64,000 nt of DNA from Octopus vulgaris (taxonomy: Eukaryota): NCBI GenBank assembly GCA_951406725.2, contig OX597827.1, forward strand, positions 71,176,001-71,240,000. The letters run 5' to 3'. This document shows, piece after piece, positions 1 to 13,491 of the stretch. The translations under genes were made by a program, and so were the position numbers. Positions within the stretch are counted from its first letter, which is position 1, and each line of letters opens with the position of its first letter. The notes under the pieces are model-generated. The model made no database searches. It was not told the DNA's origin and saw only the letters and a list, made by a program, of their open reading frames with translations.

Positions 1-244
1 AAAAATTCAAATTGTACCATGTTAACACCAAAAATTATTTGCATCAAAAAGGTGCTTTTTTTTCCTATGAAAATCACTATTTTTTTTACAATTTTTTGAC
101 TGTTCTAATGCCATTTTTCGGTGTATTTCAACCAGAAAAATGTTCACTTAAAGAAAATAAGTTGCATAATGCAAAATTTTTACTTTTCAAAAACTCCAAT
201 TCTAAAGGGTGGAAACAAACCCGAGCAACACCGGGCAATACTGC

Positions 245-247
<3 letters not shown>
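1..247 (+). mobile_element. Helitron 3' part (same family as 58213-58610)
   Basis: Clearly homologous to 58362-58610. Ends ccgagcaacaccgggcaatactgctac. Confidence 0.7.
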
Positions 248-290
<43 letters not shown>

Positions 291-734
291 GGAGCACTCC
301 GTCGGTTATGACGATGAGGGTCCCAGCTGATACGATCAATGGAACAGCCTGCTCGTGGAGTTAACGTGCAAGTGGCTGAGCACCCCACAGACATGTGTAC
401 CCTTAACGCAGTTCTCGAGGAGATTATTCAGTGTGACAAGGCCGGCCCTTCGAAATACAGGTACAACAGAAACAGGAAGAAAGAGTGAGAGAAAGTTGTG
501 GTGAAAGAGTACAGCAGGGTTCACCACCATCCCCTGCCGGAGCCTCGTGGAGTTTTAGGTGTTTTCGCTCAATAAACACTCACAACGCCCAGTGGTTGGC
601 GTTAGGAAGGGCATCCAGCTGTAGAAACACTGCCACATCTGACTGGCCTGGTGCAGCCTTCGGGCTTCCCAGACCCCAGTTGAACCGTCCAACCCGTGCT
701 AGCATGGAAAGCGGACGTTAAACGATGATGATGA

Positions 735-779
<45 letters not shown>

Positions 780-1010
780 TGCCTCAACAAGCATGGAAAA
801 ATGGATATCAAAACAGTGATTACAGAATGCTTCTGAAGAATGTCATACTTCTTTAGTAACATGGTGGGAGATGTTGATAGCCACGTTTCAACACTATTAC
901 ACCTTGGGTACATTACTTTTGGGTCTGTCTTCATTAATTATATACATTTGAACTCTCATTTGTCTTGATTTGTCTTTGGTAATTTTAATCGGTTTAATCT
1001 CTATCTTCAG

Positions 1011-1118
1011 CCATCCTGACACAATATTTCCATCTATTATTTGCTGGTCTCGGTGGAACTCCAGTTTTTATCTGTGCCTCCCTGCAGTCCTTATCCTGCG
1101 TCATTTTTGATTTCAAAG
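1011..1118 (+). CDS. RRP12: RRP12-like protein, internal exon (first in window; gene begins upstream of window)
   Basis: ttcag|CC..AAAG|gtaagt. Translates ILTQYFHLLFAGLGGTPVFICASLQSLSCVIFDFK, resembling the RRP12 segment just before the next exon. Phase joins 2418. Confidence 0.85.
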
Positions 1119-2417
1119 GTAAGTACTTGGAGACAAGAGTGGGGGGGAGAACAAAATAGTATGTTCTTGTTGTTAATGTTTAGCCTGAAGACAACCCTGC
1201 TAGAAATAGCAGTCGCTTGTGAGTGAATTTTGGGAGTCAAAAACTCTAAGAGACCCATCATGTGTTTGTGTTATTGTCTTCTTGTCCTTATGTCACATGA
1301 TGGCTCGTGAGTGAGTGGGTGGGTGGGTGACACTGTCATGCAACTGGGGTCGTTTATTTCCAGTCTTCCAACAAAACATGTTTGATCATGTGGAAATACT
1401 ACCTGACAGGAAAACAGGTGAGGGCTGCTGACCAGAAGGACATCCAGGTGTAGAAAATCTGGTTCGGCAATTTTCATCCAACCCATGCAAGCATGGAGAA
1501 GTGGACATTGAATGAAGATGACAATGATGATGATGATGGCCATGATCTCCTTCATACCACACTTAACTATCCTGAAAGACATGGACTGGATGGAGAATGT
1601 AGTCCAGAGTAAAGATATGATAGCCATGATATAAATGTTTCTATCATAGCTGTATGATAATTTCTGCTGTCTGAAAGCCATCGATTCTGCTTTTTCCTTC
1701 CTGTCGTGAAGACTGTTTGGAATGTTCCAGTGGTAAGATGGGTCATCCATTCATCCATGTGACACCACATGTAGCCCCATGCAGCACATCACTGCAACCA
1801 TTTCCTCCTTCTGTAGGTTCTGACTGCCTGTCTCCAGTACCACACTGGCAGACGTCTCTGTCAACTTATTACATGTGTGTGTGTGTGTGTCTGTGTGGAT
1901 TTAGTTCCTTATACACAAAATCGGCCTCAACAAATTCCATCTGACCCATGCAAACATGAATAAGTAGATGTTAAGTCTAGGATGATGGTGATTGTGATTA
2001 TTATTATTATTAATCCAAAAGCAGTGAGCTGGAAGAATTGTAAACATGCCAGGCAAAATGCTTTGCAGAATTTTGTCCATCCTTATGTTCTGGAGGTCAA
2101 ATTCTGCCGAGGTCAGCTTCACCTTTCATCCTTTCAGGGTCGATGAAGTAAGTACCCATTAAGTACTGGGGGGTGGGAGTCGATGTAATCAACTTACCCC
2201 TTCCTCAAACTTTCTGGCCTTGTGCCTCTAATAGAAAAGATTATTATTAATCCAGCCCTGTGATGAGTGTGAGTGTGTGTATACAAGTGCCCTCTAAGGT
2301 TTATACAAGCATGTATTTATTTTCATATATATATACTCATGTTCACTTGCTTTCTCACACACACTTGCACAGTCAGTTTACATTGCACACTTACACCTGT
2401 AAATATTACCTTTTCAG

Positions 2418-2575
2418 ATGATGTGACTCCAGACCTCATAGAAAACTTTGTGGAGCATTGCTGTGTACTGCTAATGTCAAGGACACACGAGATTGTGAAG
2501 GCAACACTTAGCTATTTGCAGGTGTTACTCACCTGTTTCTCTGACTTGCAGCTGGGGCCTTACCTGGAAAAAATA
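2418..2575 (+). CDS. RRP12: RRP12-like exon
   Basis: ttttcag|AT..ATA|gtgag. DDVTPDLIENFVEHCCVLLMSRTHEIVKATLSYLQVLL, similar to RRP12 '[20 protein letters not shown]'. Confidence 0.9.
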
Positions 2576-2891
2576 GTGAGAGATTTTACTGCCTTTTTTT
2601 TTTTTGTGTTGTTATGTCGATTTTAAGGTGTTTGTTATTAAGTTAATTGTGTTGTGTTTCAGGAGTTGTTACAGAGCAACGATGGATTTGATACAGGTGA
2701 TGCTTTGAATTATGTGTCTTGTCTGCAATTGAAAATTCTGTTAGCTTGCCAGAAAAAGTGCTTTGTGGTATTTCTTCTAGTTTTAACCCTTTAGGGTACA
2801 TAAGCTGATTGCTGTTGTTATTATGGTGGCAAGCCGGCAGATTTGTTAGCTTGCCAGAAAAAGTGCTTGGTGGTATTTCTTCTAGTTTTGA

Positions 2892-3122
2892 GGCGGCAAG
2901 CTGGCAGAAACATTAGTACACCGGGTGAAATGCTTAGCAGTATTTCATCTCTCTTTACGTTCTGAGTTCAAATTCCGCCAAGGTCGACTTTGCCTTTCAT
3001 CCTTTCGGGGTCGATAAATTAAGTACCAGTTACACACTGGGATCGATGTAATAGACTTAATACCTATGTCTGTCCTTGTTTGTCCCCTCTGTGTTTTGTC
3101 CCTTGTGGGTAATAAAGAGATA
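2892..3122 (+). mobile_element. tRNA-derived SINE, family A (gcctttcatcctttcggggtcgataaa domain); other copies about 4730-4955, 13605-13820(-), 15986-16193(-), 31064-31294, 33638-33771, 41889-42122(-), 43381-43613, 51050-51607
   Basis: Repeated element of about 230 bp with gagttcaaattcc B box and taaagaaata tail. TSDs are visible at several copies. Confidence 0.85.
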
Positions 3123-3199
3123 GGTATTTCTTCCAGTTTTGACTACTTAGACAACCTACTGTGATTTTTATAGCAATCTTTCTCTCTCGTTTCCTGTAG

Positions 3200-3291
3200 A
3201 TGTCCACCTTGGTAGTGATGAAAGATGGAGCCAAGCAACACTTCCGCTTCAAGACAAAAATGGTTTATACAAAACTGATCCGCAGATTTGG
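3200..3291 (+). CDS. RRP12: RRP12-like exon
   Basis: ctgtag|ATG..GG|gtaaat. MSTLVVMKDGAKQHFRFKTKMVYTKLIRRFG matches the RRP12 'RHFRMKLRNLFTKFIRKFG' motif. Confidence 0.93.
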
Positions 3292-3719
3292 GTAAATTCC
3301 TTAGTTCTTACCATTATATCTATCTTTGGATGTGTGGATGTATATGAACCATATGAGCTACCTTATTGTTAACCCTTCAGCATTTAAGTAACCCATACCT
3401 TGCTGGAGGAGTTTGTGTCCCATCTTTTGAAGCATTGTCCTAAATGAACAAAAAAAACGACAGATTCTACTTTCTACTTCATGGTTGAATGGTTTATGGG
3501 TTGTGTGACAACATTTCAGACTTTTTTGTTTTTTTAATTAATTTTATTAGTTTTAAAACACATGAATACGAAAGGCTTGGACAAGGTCTCACCTTTGCAA
3601 GATTATTAACGAAAAACAATTGTCTAATTGATTCATTAGTTGATTCAGCTGGTTGATGAGACTAGAGTGCTGGAGGTAGTGAGTTCAGATAATTACAACA
3701 GCTTATGATTTCATTCCAG

Positions 3720-3875
3720 GTACAAGGCGATCTACGACCTTTCATCGGACAGTATCCGGAAGGTGTTGACAAACATCCAGAAATTAAAGAAGAACAAGAA
3801 GAAGAAGAAAGAACAGAGTGGTGAGGTGGAAGATGATAAGACAGAAGAGAAAGACGTGGCTGCTCCAGCTCAGAG
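3720..3875 (+). CDS. RRP12: RRP12-like exon
   Basis: ttccag|G..AG|gtagg. YKAIYDLSSDSIRKVLTNIQKLKKNKKKKKEQ..., similar to 'RVLVNIRK'. Phase 2 on both sides. Confidence 0.9.
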
Positions 3876-4147
3876 GTAGGCATGGCAGGGTTTCGTTTTG
3901 TGGAATTGGGATTGGAGTGAGGATGTTTATATAGAGGGATGTGGTCAAATGTGTTTGATAGTAACATTCTTATGACTTTTGTGCCAGGTGATGAGAGGTT
4001 AGAGTATGCTGGAGTGTGTGTGTGTGTGTGCAAACTCTCCTTTCACCAAGCATCAAGCTATTTCTCTTCTTGTGCATGTCCTCACATCGGGTTTTTTTTC
4101 ATTGATTTAAACTATTTGTTTATTTGAATTGACTGTGGGTATGTGTG

Positions 4148-4183
<36 letters not shown>

Positions 4184-4207
4184 GTGTGTGTGTGTGAGTA
4201 TATATAT

Positions 4208-4425
4208 AGGGGGAGAATTCACAAAAAAAAACAAGGCGAAGATGTAGTGTAGACAACAAACAGATGTATTAGTATAACGCTCAGGAAGTGAAAAAGCCTT
4301 TTACGTTTCGAGCCTACGCTCTTCCACAGAAAGAAACAAAGAGAGAAAATACGGAACGTGTAGTGGCTAGCAATCTATTATGGTGAATGCCGGACAGAAG
4401 GGTCACATGGGAGAGCTAGGGAGAT
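4208..4425 (-). mobile_element. PLE-like 3' fragment with hammerhead-like motif (variant core)
   Basis: Reverse complement of 4298-4333: cttt-CUGUGGA-A-GAGC(gtag)GCUC-GAAAC-GUA-aaag. Inserted in (TA)n/(TG)n. Confidence 0.55.
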
Positions 4426-4439
4426 ATATATATATAATT

Positions 4440-4480
<41 letters not shown>

Positions 4481-5836
4481 GGTAGTAGTCTGAGTGGAGT
4501 TATATCTGTTTGTGTAAAGGTGGAATGAATAGTAAGGTTGATAGAAAATATTGAGTTAAACTGTTGAGGAGAGAAATGAAGGGTTTTAGCGGATCATTTT
4601 GAAAGCCTGACTGCCAGTGGAATAAATGTTACTGCTACCTGGGATCAAAACTTCACCAATATGATGATGCTTATTAAAATTCTTAATATAGAAAGGATTG
4701 CGGTCTGGCAGAATCGTTAGGGTGCTATGTCGGCGAGCTGGCAGAAATGTTAGCACGCCAGGTGAAATGCTTAGCAGTATTTCATCTGCTGTTATGTTCT
4801 GAGTTCAAATTCTGCCGAGGTCGACTCTGCCTTTCATCCTTTCGGGGTCGATTAAATAAGTACCAGTTACGCACTGGGGTCAATCTAATCGACTTAATCC
4901 CTTTGTCCTTGTTTGTCCCCTCTATGTTTATCCCCTTGTGGGCAATAAAGAAATAAGAAAACTGTTTGAGATCCAATGTCTGCTTTGGCGTGGTGTCTAT
5001 GGATGGACACCCTTCCTAATGCCAACCACTTTACAGAGTAAACTGGGTGCTTTTCTCATGTAACTTGCAAGACAAGTTCCCTTCAACTGCATGGGATTGC
5101 AATATTGAGGGAGGTGGCTTTGTGTCAAGTGATGTAAGGTTAGAGTATGTGAGATGTTAGAAGTGTCTTGCTGAAGAAGAGATACGTGGCTTCCTCCTTC
5201 ATTTAGGCACTCTCAACCCACTCATCTCTCTACCTCTAATCACCCTTGTCGTGTTTCCTCAACTCCGGCCCTGCACTAATAACTATAACCAGTCTGTTGA
5301 TCATTGCCAGAGCCACTATCTGACCTCCGTGTCGGTGGCACGTAAAACACACCATTTGAGCGTGATCGTTACCAGCATCACCTTACTGGCACGTAAAAGC
5401 ACCCACTACACTCTCGGAGTGGTTGTCATTAGGAAGGGCATCCAGCTGTAGAAACTCTGCCAGATCAAGATTGGAGCCTGGTGCAGCCTCCTGGTTCACC
5501 AGTCCTCAGTCAAATTGTCCAACCCATGCTAGCATGGAAAGTGGACGTTAAAGGATGATGATGTCTTTTCTCCCCAGAGCTTTGGCTCCTCTGGAATTTC
5601 ATCCTTTCTCATGTCTTTCTTGCAGGTTTTGACTTGCATTAGTTTGAATACAGCATTAATGGCCACAAGCTTGATGGTTTGGGAAAGCTTGCACATATCA
5701 TGGGCATTGTCCCTTCCTTCAAGCTCACCAAATATAAGCAAAAACAAAAAAAAAACAGGCTCATTTTCAGGTGTAGTGTATCTAGGGCTCCACCATCTTG
5801 TGTGTTACATCTGTTGTTATCATTTGTCTCTTTCAG

Positions 5837-6042
5837 CATCGAAGACATCCTGACCGCTTTTGACTCCGACAATGAAGAGGATGATGACAACAGCAGCAAG
5901 AAGAAGAAGAAGAAAAAGAAAAAGAAAGGTGACAAATCTAAAGAGGAGACGACGACGGCGTCTGGTGCGGCATGGCTGAAGGAGAACACTGACGATAACA
6001 TAACGGATTTCATGGACGTCAGTGCTGCAAGAAGCATAAGCA
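5837..6042 (+). CDS. RRP12: RRP12-like exon
   Basis: tttcag|C..A|gtatgt. SIEDILTAFDSDNEED...AWLKENTDDNITDFMD matches 'SIEEILADSEDE...AWLKEGGGDEPLNFLD'. Confidence 0.93.
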
Positions 6043-7227
6043 GTATGTTGTGGTTTTATGGTTTCATCTGCCAGCCTCCCCTGGCACCTGTGCCGGTGTC
6101 ATGTAAAAAGCACCAACCGAACTTGGCCGATGCCAACGCTGCCTTGACTGGCTTCTGTGCCGGTGGCACGTAAAAAGCACCAACCGATCGTGACCACTGC
6201 CAGCCTCCCCTGGCCCCTGTGTTGGTGGCATGTAAAAAGCACCTACTACACTCACGGAGTGGTTGGCGTTATGAAGGGCATCCAGCTGTAGAAACACTGC
6301 CAGATCAGACTGGGGCCTGGTGCAGCCTTCCTGGCTTCCCGGACCCCGGTCGAACCGTCCAACCCATGCTAGCATGGAAAACGGACGTTAAACGATGATG
6401 ATGGCGATCTCATTTCTCCCTTTCACTCCTTCAACCCTTAAACAATGAGTGGGTTGCATGAGCACGTGTGACAAATGGGCAAAGAACAAAGTGTCCCTTT
6501 TTCTTAAGGGTTGTACTTATTTTCATTTTAAATCGCCACAAAAGCTGAATATTTACAATCTCGTTATTGGAAAGAGCTGTAAAATATTCACTTACCTTTG
6601 CATACACCACGGACTCCCGTGTTGTTCTTGTCAAACGAATGTATAAATGGTGCTCTTTTTGCATGTGGAGCTAGTTGAAGCATCCCTTTCTTCTGTGCTA
6701 TCTAAAGCATCATTCATCATCTACCTCGTCTGATGAGGAAGCAAAGACAGAAACAATTACTTTGGGGTGTGGCTGTGTGGTAAGAAGCTTGCTTCTCAAC
6801 TACATGGTTCTGAGCTCATTCCTGCTGCGTGGCACATTGGGCAAGTGTCTTCTACTATAGCCTCAGGCCAATCAAAACGTTGTGAGTGGATTTGGTAGAC
6901 AGAAACTGAAATAAGCCCATAGTGTGTGTGTGTGTGTGTACGCACACACACACACGTGTTTGTACTGCCATAACTTAGTGGTTCAGCAAAAGAAACTGGT
7001 AAATACTGAGGTTGATTTATTCGGCTGAAAATTCCTCAAGGTAGTACCCAGCACAGCCACAGTTCATTGCTGTTATAAATCTGTCATTTGCATCTTGATG
7101 TCCCCCATCAATAAGAGCCACTTAGCCACAGGCACATTTGACAAAGTAGACACTCGGGCATCAATTGGTGGTGGCCATATTCATGTTCTTTTGTTTTAGC
7201 TTTTTTCTTTCTTTTTCCCCAATAACT

Positions 7228-7265
<38 letters not shown>

Positions 7266-7266
7266 G

Positions 7267-7374
7267 CAACCAAACCCTCCAAACCTGGGAAATCTCAACA
7301 GACAAGCCGGTCGTCATCCAAATTTGACCTTGCCCCTGATGGCCGATTGCTCATTAATCAAGAAGACGATGATG
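7267..7374 (+). CDS. RRP12: RRP12-like exon
   Basis: Poly-T tract then aacag|CA..G|gtgagt. TKPSKPGK...FDLAPDGRLLINQE matches 'FKVSADGRLIIRE'. Confidence 0.92.
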
Positions 7375-7490
7375 GTGAGTAAGGTTACAGTTGCGATGGA
7401 TATGTGGGATCTATAATGGACTCGGATTTGGTGTCCCTGTTTGCAAATAGGTGTGTGTGTAATGTAAGTGGTTAAGATTTCTAAATATAT

Positions 7491-7870
7491 AGGCGCAGGA
7501 GTGGCTGTGTGGTAAGTAGCTTGCTAACCAACCACATGGTTCCGGGTTCAGTCCCACTGCGTGGCATCTTGGGCAAGTGTCTTCTGCTATAGCCCCGGGC
7601 CGACCAAAGCCTTGTGAGTGGATTTGGTAGACGGAAACTGAAAGAAGCCTGTCGTATATATGTGTATGTGTGTGTGTTTGTTTGTCCCCCTAGCATTGCT
7701 TGACAACCGATGCTGGTGTGTTTACGTCCCCGTCACTTAGCGGTTCGGCAAAAGAGACCGATAGAATAAGTACTGGGCTTACAAAGAATAAGTCCCGGGG
7801 TCGATTTGCTCGACTAAAGGCGGTGTTCCAGCATGGCCGCAGTCAAATGACTGAAACAAGTAAAAGAGTA
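7491..7870 (+). mobile_element. tRNA-derived SINE, family B (CORE-like gtggcaccttgggcaagtg domain); other copies about 27225-27525(+), 23295-23518(-), 28285-28705(-), 29587-29977(-), 30010-30380(-), 44950-45347(-)
   Basis: A/B-box head gtggctgtgtggtaag..gggttcagtccc, high identity between copies, aagtaaaagagta tail. Resembles the octopus OR-type SINEs; family assignment not verified. Confidence 0.85.
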
Positions 7871-8190
7871 TATAATCATATATAACATTTGTCTTTGGCT
7901 TGTAAATATTTTATATACAAGACATATAAACGATGTATGTATGTACATGTTTATTTATATATATATATTGGAAGGTTTGGAGATGATGTACAGGTATTAT
8001 ATATTAGAAGAAATGAGGTAATCAGATGGTTCATATTTACAGATAGTTTTTTATATATTACATTTTTGTAATGGATATACTGGACAAAAATGAGTAATCA
8101 TACATAAACATATATACATATATACAAAATGTAATATATAAATAAATATCTGTAAATATGAACCATCCGATCTTCTGATTACCTCATTTC

Positions 8191-8237
<47 letters not shown>

Positions 8238-8611
8238 TGTGGCTGTGAGTTCAGTCCCACTGCATGGCACCTTGGTCATTTGTCTTCTACTACAGCCACA
8301 GGCCAACCAATGCCCTGTGAGTGGATTTGGTAGATATATACTGCATGGAAAGCCCATTGTGTGATGTCAAGAAGTCCTTCCTCACCTAACATTGTTAAAA
8401 AATAATTAAAAAACACGGACACAGATTATACATGACTAGAGACTTTGTGAGAGAGCATCTTCCTGGTATTCCTTGAAACAGAAACATCCATAACATTTAC
8501 AAAGGATCTACTTTGTAGACATCAGAACTGTCTGTTATACCAGCCTCCAACACACAAACAGACACATATCCATGTCATTCAATTTTGTTCTTCTCGCGTT
8601 GTATTTACTAG

Positions 8612-8688
8612 ATGAAAAAGATGCTGGTTCCAGTGACGGTGAAGATAGTGCAGAAGAAGTTCTTAAATCTATGGCATCTAAAATGAAG
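8612..8688 (+). CDS. RRP12: RRP12-like exon
   Basis: tactag|AT..AAG|gtatgt. DEKDAGSSDGEDSAEEVLKSMASKMK. Weakly conserved acidic region, supported by phase continuity (1 to 0). Confidence 0.8.
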
Positions 8689-9807
8689 GTATGTTAATTA
8701 ACTTTGTTGAATGTTTACTGCCTTAATCACCCTTTAGTATTTAAACCGGCCATATCCGGCCAAAAAATTTAATCTGTTTTTATGTTCAAACTGACCAGAT
8801 CCAGGCCCTCACACCTACCCTACAATGTTATTCTACATTAAGTAATTACACCATCAACATCTTGAAGATATGAGATAATGCATGATTAATTCAAATCAAT
8901 GTGAATCAATAGGCATTATGTTTGAAAGAATAATCTGAACACTAAAGGGTTAATCACCCTTTGTATCTTCGTTAGCCCAGTTTAGATAAATTCTTCTCCA
9001 ATATTAAACATTGACCCATTAGCATTCACATTACTCCCTCAAATGTAATATTTATTCACATATTTTGGAATTAATTATTGTATGTTCTGGAGACGCATAG
9101 CTGAGTGGTTAGGGTTTTGGACTTATGATCAAAAGATTGTGGTTTCAATTCCAGGTTCGGGCAGTGCATTGTATTCTTGAGCAAAACACTTCCATTTCAT
9201 GTTGCTCCAGTCCACTCAGCTGACAAAAAACGAGTAATCAGTGTCTTGTCCCGGGGAGGAATATAAACGCAGAGAAAACAGGAAACTGGCCCTCTGCTCC
9301 TTACAGAGTAGTGTGAACTAACCCATATCATAGCTTTGAGATTTCAATGATGTGGTTGTTTTTTTTTTTTTAGAATGACGTTGTTGAATAGGTGTGAGAG
9401 GCTGGATCTGGCCACTTTGAACAGAAAACCAGTAGGTTATCTGGGCTAGGTACAGCTGGTCTGAATGTAAAATAGTTTCAAACAAGAACCACAAACCTGT
9501 TGATGGGATTAAAACCCAGTATCTGCTTTTGCTTACTGACTTGATACCATTGGGTCCAGTATGTTACTACTCTTTATTTTTACGAAGCCCAGCAAAATTT
9601 GATCTCAAACTGTTGAGAGCCTAAACTACATCCATCTTCTATTCTGTCTGTTAACCTTCATGGTTTTGTGGTTAAGAAGATCCTTTTGCAGTCATGTGGT
9701 TTCGGTTTCCATCTCACTGTTCTGTACTTTGGGGAGTTGAGGGAGGTGTTGTGAGTTGAACAATACTTTTTGAGTGGAATTTAGTAGACAGAAACTGAAT
9801 GGAAGCT

Positions 9808-9850
<43 letters not shown>

Positions 9851-10495
9851 AATAATATATATAATATAAATATATGCATATATACATTCATATATGTACA
9901 TACCTACATATATAGTGAATGGGGAAAGCTTGGTCTGCAATGTTTGCAGTCGAGTATGCTTGTGAAGAGCAGTGCTCATTAGCCACCAACAGAGCCGCAA
10001 ATGCAAAATGTAAGTTAGTCCTAGAGTGCATGATGTTCCCGAAGGTCGACAATGGTCTTCCTCGGTCACGAGTGGATGGCCATCATCATCATGTATATAT
10101 TTGCTTGTTGCAAGATAAGAGAGGGATGGTTTGTTGTTGTAGTTGTGTCCCTTCCCAGTCAAGTCTGATCCACAGTTAGTCAGCTAAACAACCAGAAGTG
10201 GTCTACAGATCTGTCGTTTCAGTTATATGCCGTACTTCTTTCTTAGCTGAGTATCACACTGGCACATTCTAGCATGCAGGATGATTATCCATATGGGTGC
10301 AGTGTGACAATCGAGGCATACGACAGTGTAGCTAGGTGAAAGAACAGGCTCTCCTGGGCAGCGCTTTTATGGTGAAGTATAGCTTTGAAGCTGTGGGTGG
10401 ATGGTGGGCAAACTCAAGGGCTGCCCTGGCCAGCACACACTCTTTGTTATGCCTTTGTGGACTTGTTGGGTTTTCTCCACTTTCTTTGCTATATT

Positions 10496-10723
10496 TTAAC
10501 CCTTTAGTGTTTAAACTGGCCATATCCGCCCGGAGTTTTCTACCTATTTTATGTTCAAACTGACCAGATCAGGGCTCTCACACCTAACCTACATTGACAT
10601 TCTAAAAATAAACAATCACATCATTGAAACCCCAAAGCTATAAGATAATGCATGATTAATTAAAAACAATTTGAGTAAAAAAATATTACATTTAACAGAG
10701 TAATCTGAACACTAAAGGGTTAA
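10496..10723. mobile_element. piggyBac-type (TTAA) MITE; related copies about 8723-8953, 9010-9470, 19185-19677
   Basis: ttaaccctttagtg...cactaaagggttaa terminal inverted repeats. Confidence 0.8.
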
Positions 10724-10901
10724 CCATCTCAACTATACTCAGAAATCTGTTGTTGCTCTCAAAGAAATTCCCAAATTTGCTGTCTTAATACTTTCACTAT
10801 GTCCGTTCTTTTCAAATGCACTGAATAGATTAAGTTGTTTTAACAAGGTTTCGATTGAACCCAATTTCATGTTAGATTATTTCAATTCTTCTTCTTCCCA
10901 G

Positions 10902-10971
10902 TCTGATCAGAGCAGGAAACGGAAGCGTCCTAGCGCAGATGATACCGAACACAGTGAATCCAAATATGTTG
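10902..10971 (+). CDS. RRP12: RRP12-like exon
   Basis: ttcccag|TCT..G|gtgagt. SDQSRKRKRPSADDTEHSESKYV, phase 0 to 1, leading into the AGG motif. Confidence 0.85.
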
Positions 10972-12516
10972 GTGAGTTTGAACACATTGTAAAGATTTCT
11001 TCTTCATTTCGTTCACTCATTGCTTATTGTGTTGTGTCATGTTTGCCATAGAAATGTTTCCCCAGTGCAGCACGGCAAGCAAGCTTACTAGAAGAGACAG
11101 TACGATAAAAATTGGTAATGTGGTGAAGTGTTACATTGTGGTGTGTTTGCTGTGCAGTGTAGTACTGCAGTAGGCTCATGGCAATTGTTGCAGCAGAGCA
11201 AAACCTGTTTGAAGTACAATAGAGTGGGACTGGGTCTGCTCAAACGAGGCCCGTTATGATAATATTCATCATGCAGGTTGTTCAGCAAAGACACCGACAC
11301 ACTTTCTCTTAAGTCCAGTGGCAATGGGGACAGAGAAGCAGCGTTTTTCAAACTTTTTTGTCACGATCCACAGTTTGAAAAACACCGGTTTATATTCTGC
11401 ACTTTGCACCCACTTGCATTTCTTTTTCTTTTCCTTTTTTGTTGCAACACATTTCATTTATCTCGGGACCCACAGTTTAAAAAGCGCTGCAGTAGAGGAT
11501 GCTATTGGCAGTCTCCAGCTTTGATCCCTACAACACAGGTGACCCTAGGGTGATGGTTGTTTACAGCTGTGTCTTGATGGAACTTCATTCATTGAAGCAG
11601 CAACATGGGAGTTGAGCAGCAGTGTAGTGCGAAGTTTAGTCAGCTCAACACAAGGTAGACTTTGCCAGCAGTTGCTACCATGCTGGAGCAATATCAGTTG
11701 TTATGTTTTGACAGCTTTCACATTTTAACTACATTGATGTTATTGGCAAACACATACAACATGAAATTACGGATGTGCTTAAATACTAAAGCTAATGGAG
11801 GAACAGAGAAGTGAGTGTAATATAGTGTCATATATAACACAGTAGAATGTGATCTCATGTAGCCAGCTAGGTTTTCAATGGTGCATCATAATCGGTGGGA
11901 TTTAGATAAACTGGGAATAAGCATGAAAGATAAGCTTGTCTGCCCTATTTAAGATCATCATCATCATCGTTTAATGTCCGTTTTCCATGCTAGCATGAGT
12001 TGGATGGTTTGACTGAGGGCTGGCGAACCAGATGGCTGCACCAGGCTCCAATCTTGATCTGGCAGAGTTTCTACAGCTGGATGCCCTTCCTAACGCCAAC
12101 CACTCCGAGAGTGTAGTGGGTGCTTTTAAGTGCCGCTGGCACGAGGGCCTGTCAGGCAGTACTGGCAACGGCCATGCTCAAATGGTGTTTTTTATGTGCC
12201 ACCTGTACAGGAGCCAGTCCAGCAGCACTGGCAACGACCTCACTCAATGTTTTTTCACGTGTCACCGGCACAAGTGCCAGTAAGGCGACGCTGGTAACAA
12301 TCACACTTGAATGGTGCTTTTTACGTACCACCAACATACATATGTTTGTAGTTAAGCATAATTTTCACCTTTCTTTCTTTCTCCTGTGCATCTTTTTAAT
12401 GCTGTTATTTCCTTGGTTGCATACTAACCAAGTGTGCAAATTGCTTGCTCTTGTGTGTCTCCCCTGTATTGTAATAAATGGTTAACATTTCTCTTTCTTC
12501 TTTTGCATGTTTCCAG

Positions 12517-12605
12517 CTGGTGGCCATGGTATTCATCGGCCGAAGGCATCAGCCAGCAAAAGACAAGAGCCGGTCGTGAATCTTGGATCTGAATACAAAT
12601 CAAAG
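12517..12605 (+). CDS. RRP12: RRP12-like exon
   Basis: ttccag|CT..AAG|gtagg. AGGHGIHRPKA...GSEYKSK matches the conserved 'AGGSGIHRP...GAEYKAK'. Confidence 0.95.
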
Positions 12606-12766
12606 GTAGGTTGTCTGTGATTCGCTTCTGCCCTGTGCTGCTGTTGTTGTTGTTACTGGGTATTTATAGGAAGTGGAGTATATGGGGTCAGGGTGTACAT
12701 TTACAGAGAGGGTGGCAGGAGGGGGTAGTTAGTGTAAATCTAGGTTTACACATCGACAGGTTAGAC

Positions 12767-12967
12767 CAGTGGTTTTCAACCAGTGTTCCGCCTGTACAGT
12801 CCAGGGGTTCCGCAAGAAGTTACAAAACTGCTAAAATCAGCAGTAATTTTTAATTCTCCTGTGCAAATATGTGTGCATAAGACTATTAAATTATTGCACA
12901 GGGGTTCCTCGAGCCAGTGGAATGTTTCCTTGGGGTTCCGCTCCAGCAAAAAGTTTGAAAAGCACTG
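12767..12967. mobile_element. hAT (Charlie-like) MITE
   Basis: cagtggttttcaa...ttgaaaagcactg TIRs. 8-bp TSD ggttagac at 12759-12766 and 12968-12975. Confidence 0.85.
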
Positions 12968-13491
12968 GGTTAGACAATAAAACCTCATCAGGTGTGATAT
13001 CGCCAGCAACATAGAAAACTGGTGGGTTTTATTGAACCTCTTCCATTTCTATGGCAACAGCTGATAGACTTTGTTGAACTTCTACCAATATCCATAGCAA
13101 CAGCTGCTGGATCTAACTGACAGACTTTATTTCGCTTGTACTGTACCTGTTGTAACAGCTGTTAGACTTCATTGTGTGTCAACCTCTAATTATCAAATGG
13201 CTAAGTTCACTTTGTAGCCAAGGGTTCATGTCTAAGACTATCACAAGGTACATCATGTCCTATGCACTGATGTAGCAACTAGCTATCACCAAATATATAT
13301 ATATCTATACTTATCTATTTCTCTCTCTCTTGTACACATATCCCATGGACTTTCATAAAGATTTCCTCGATACAACTTCGAGGCTTTTAGTCAAGCTCAG
13401 GTTGTGATTGCCCTAGATTTTTGTATTTGTCTCTTGTATTCATATTTGTTCTAGGTCTTATTTATATGGGTTGTATGATTTGATTTTACAG

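Noticed and set aside
10180-10445. Possible degraded LINE C-terminal Cys/His motif on the - strand
   Set aside because: Only a frameshifted resemblance (VVCLDCH..LRKKYGI), too weak to call.
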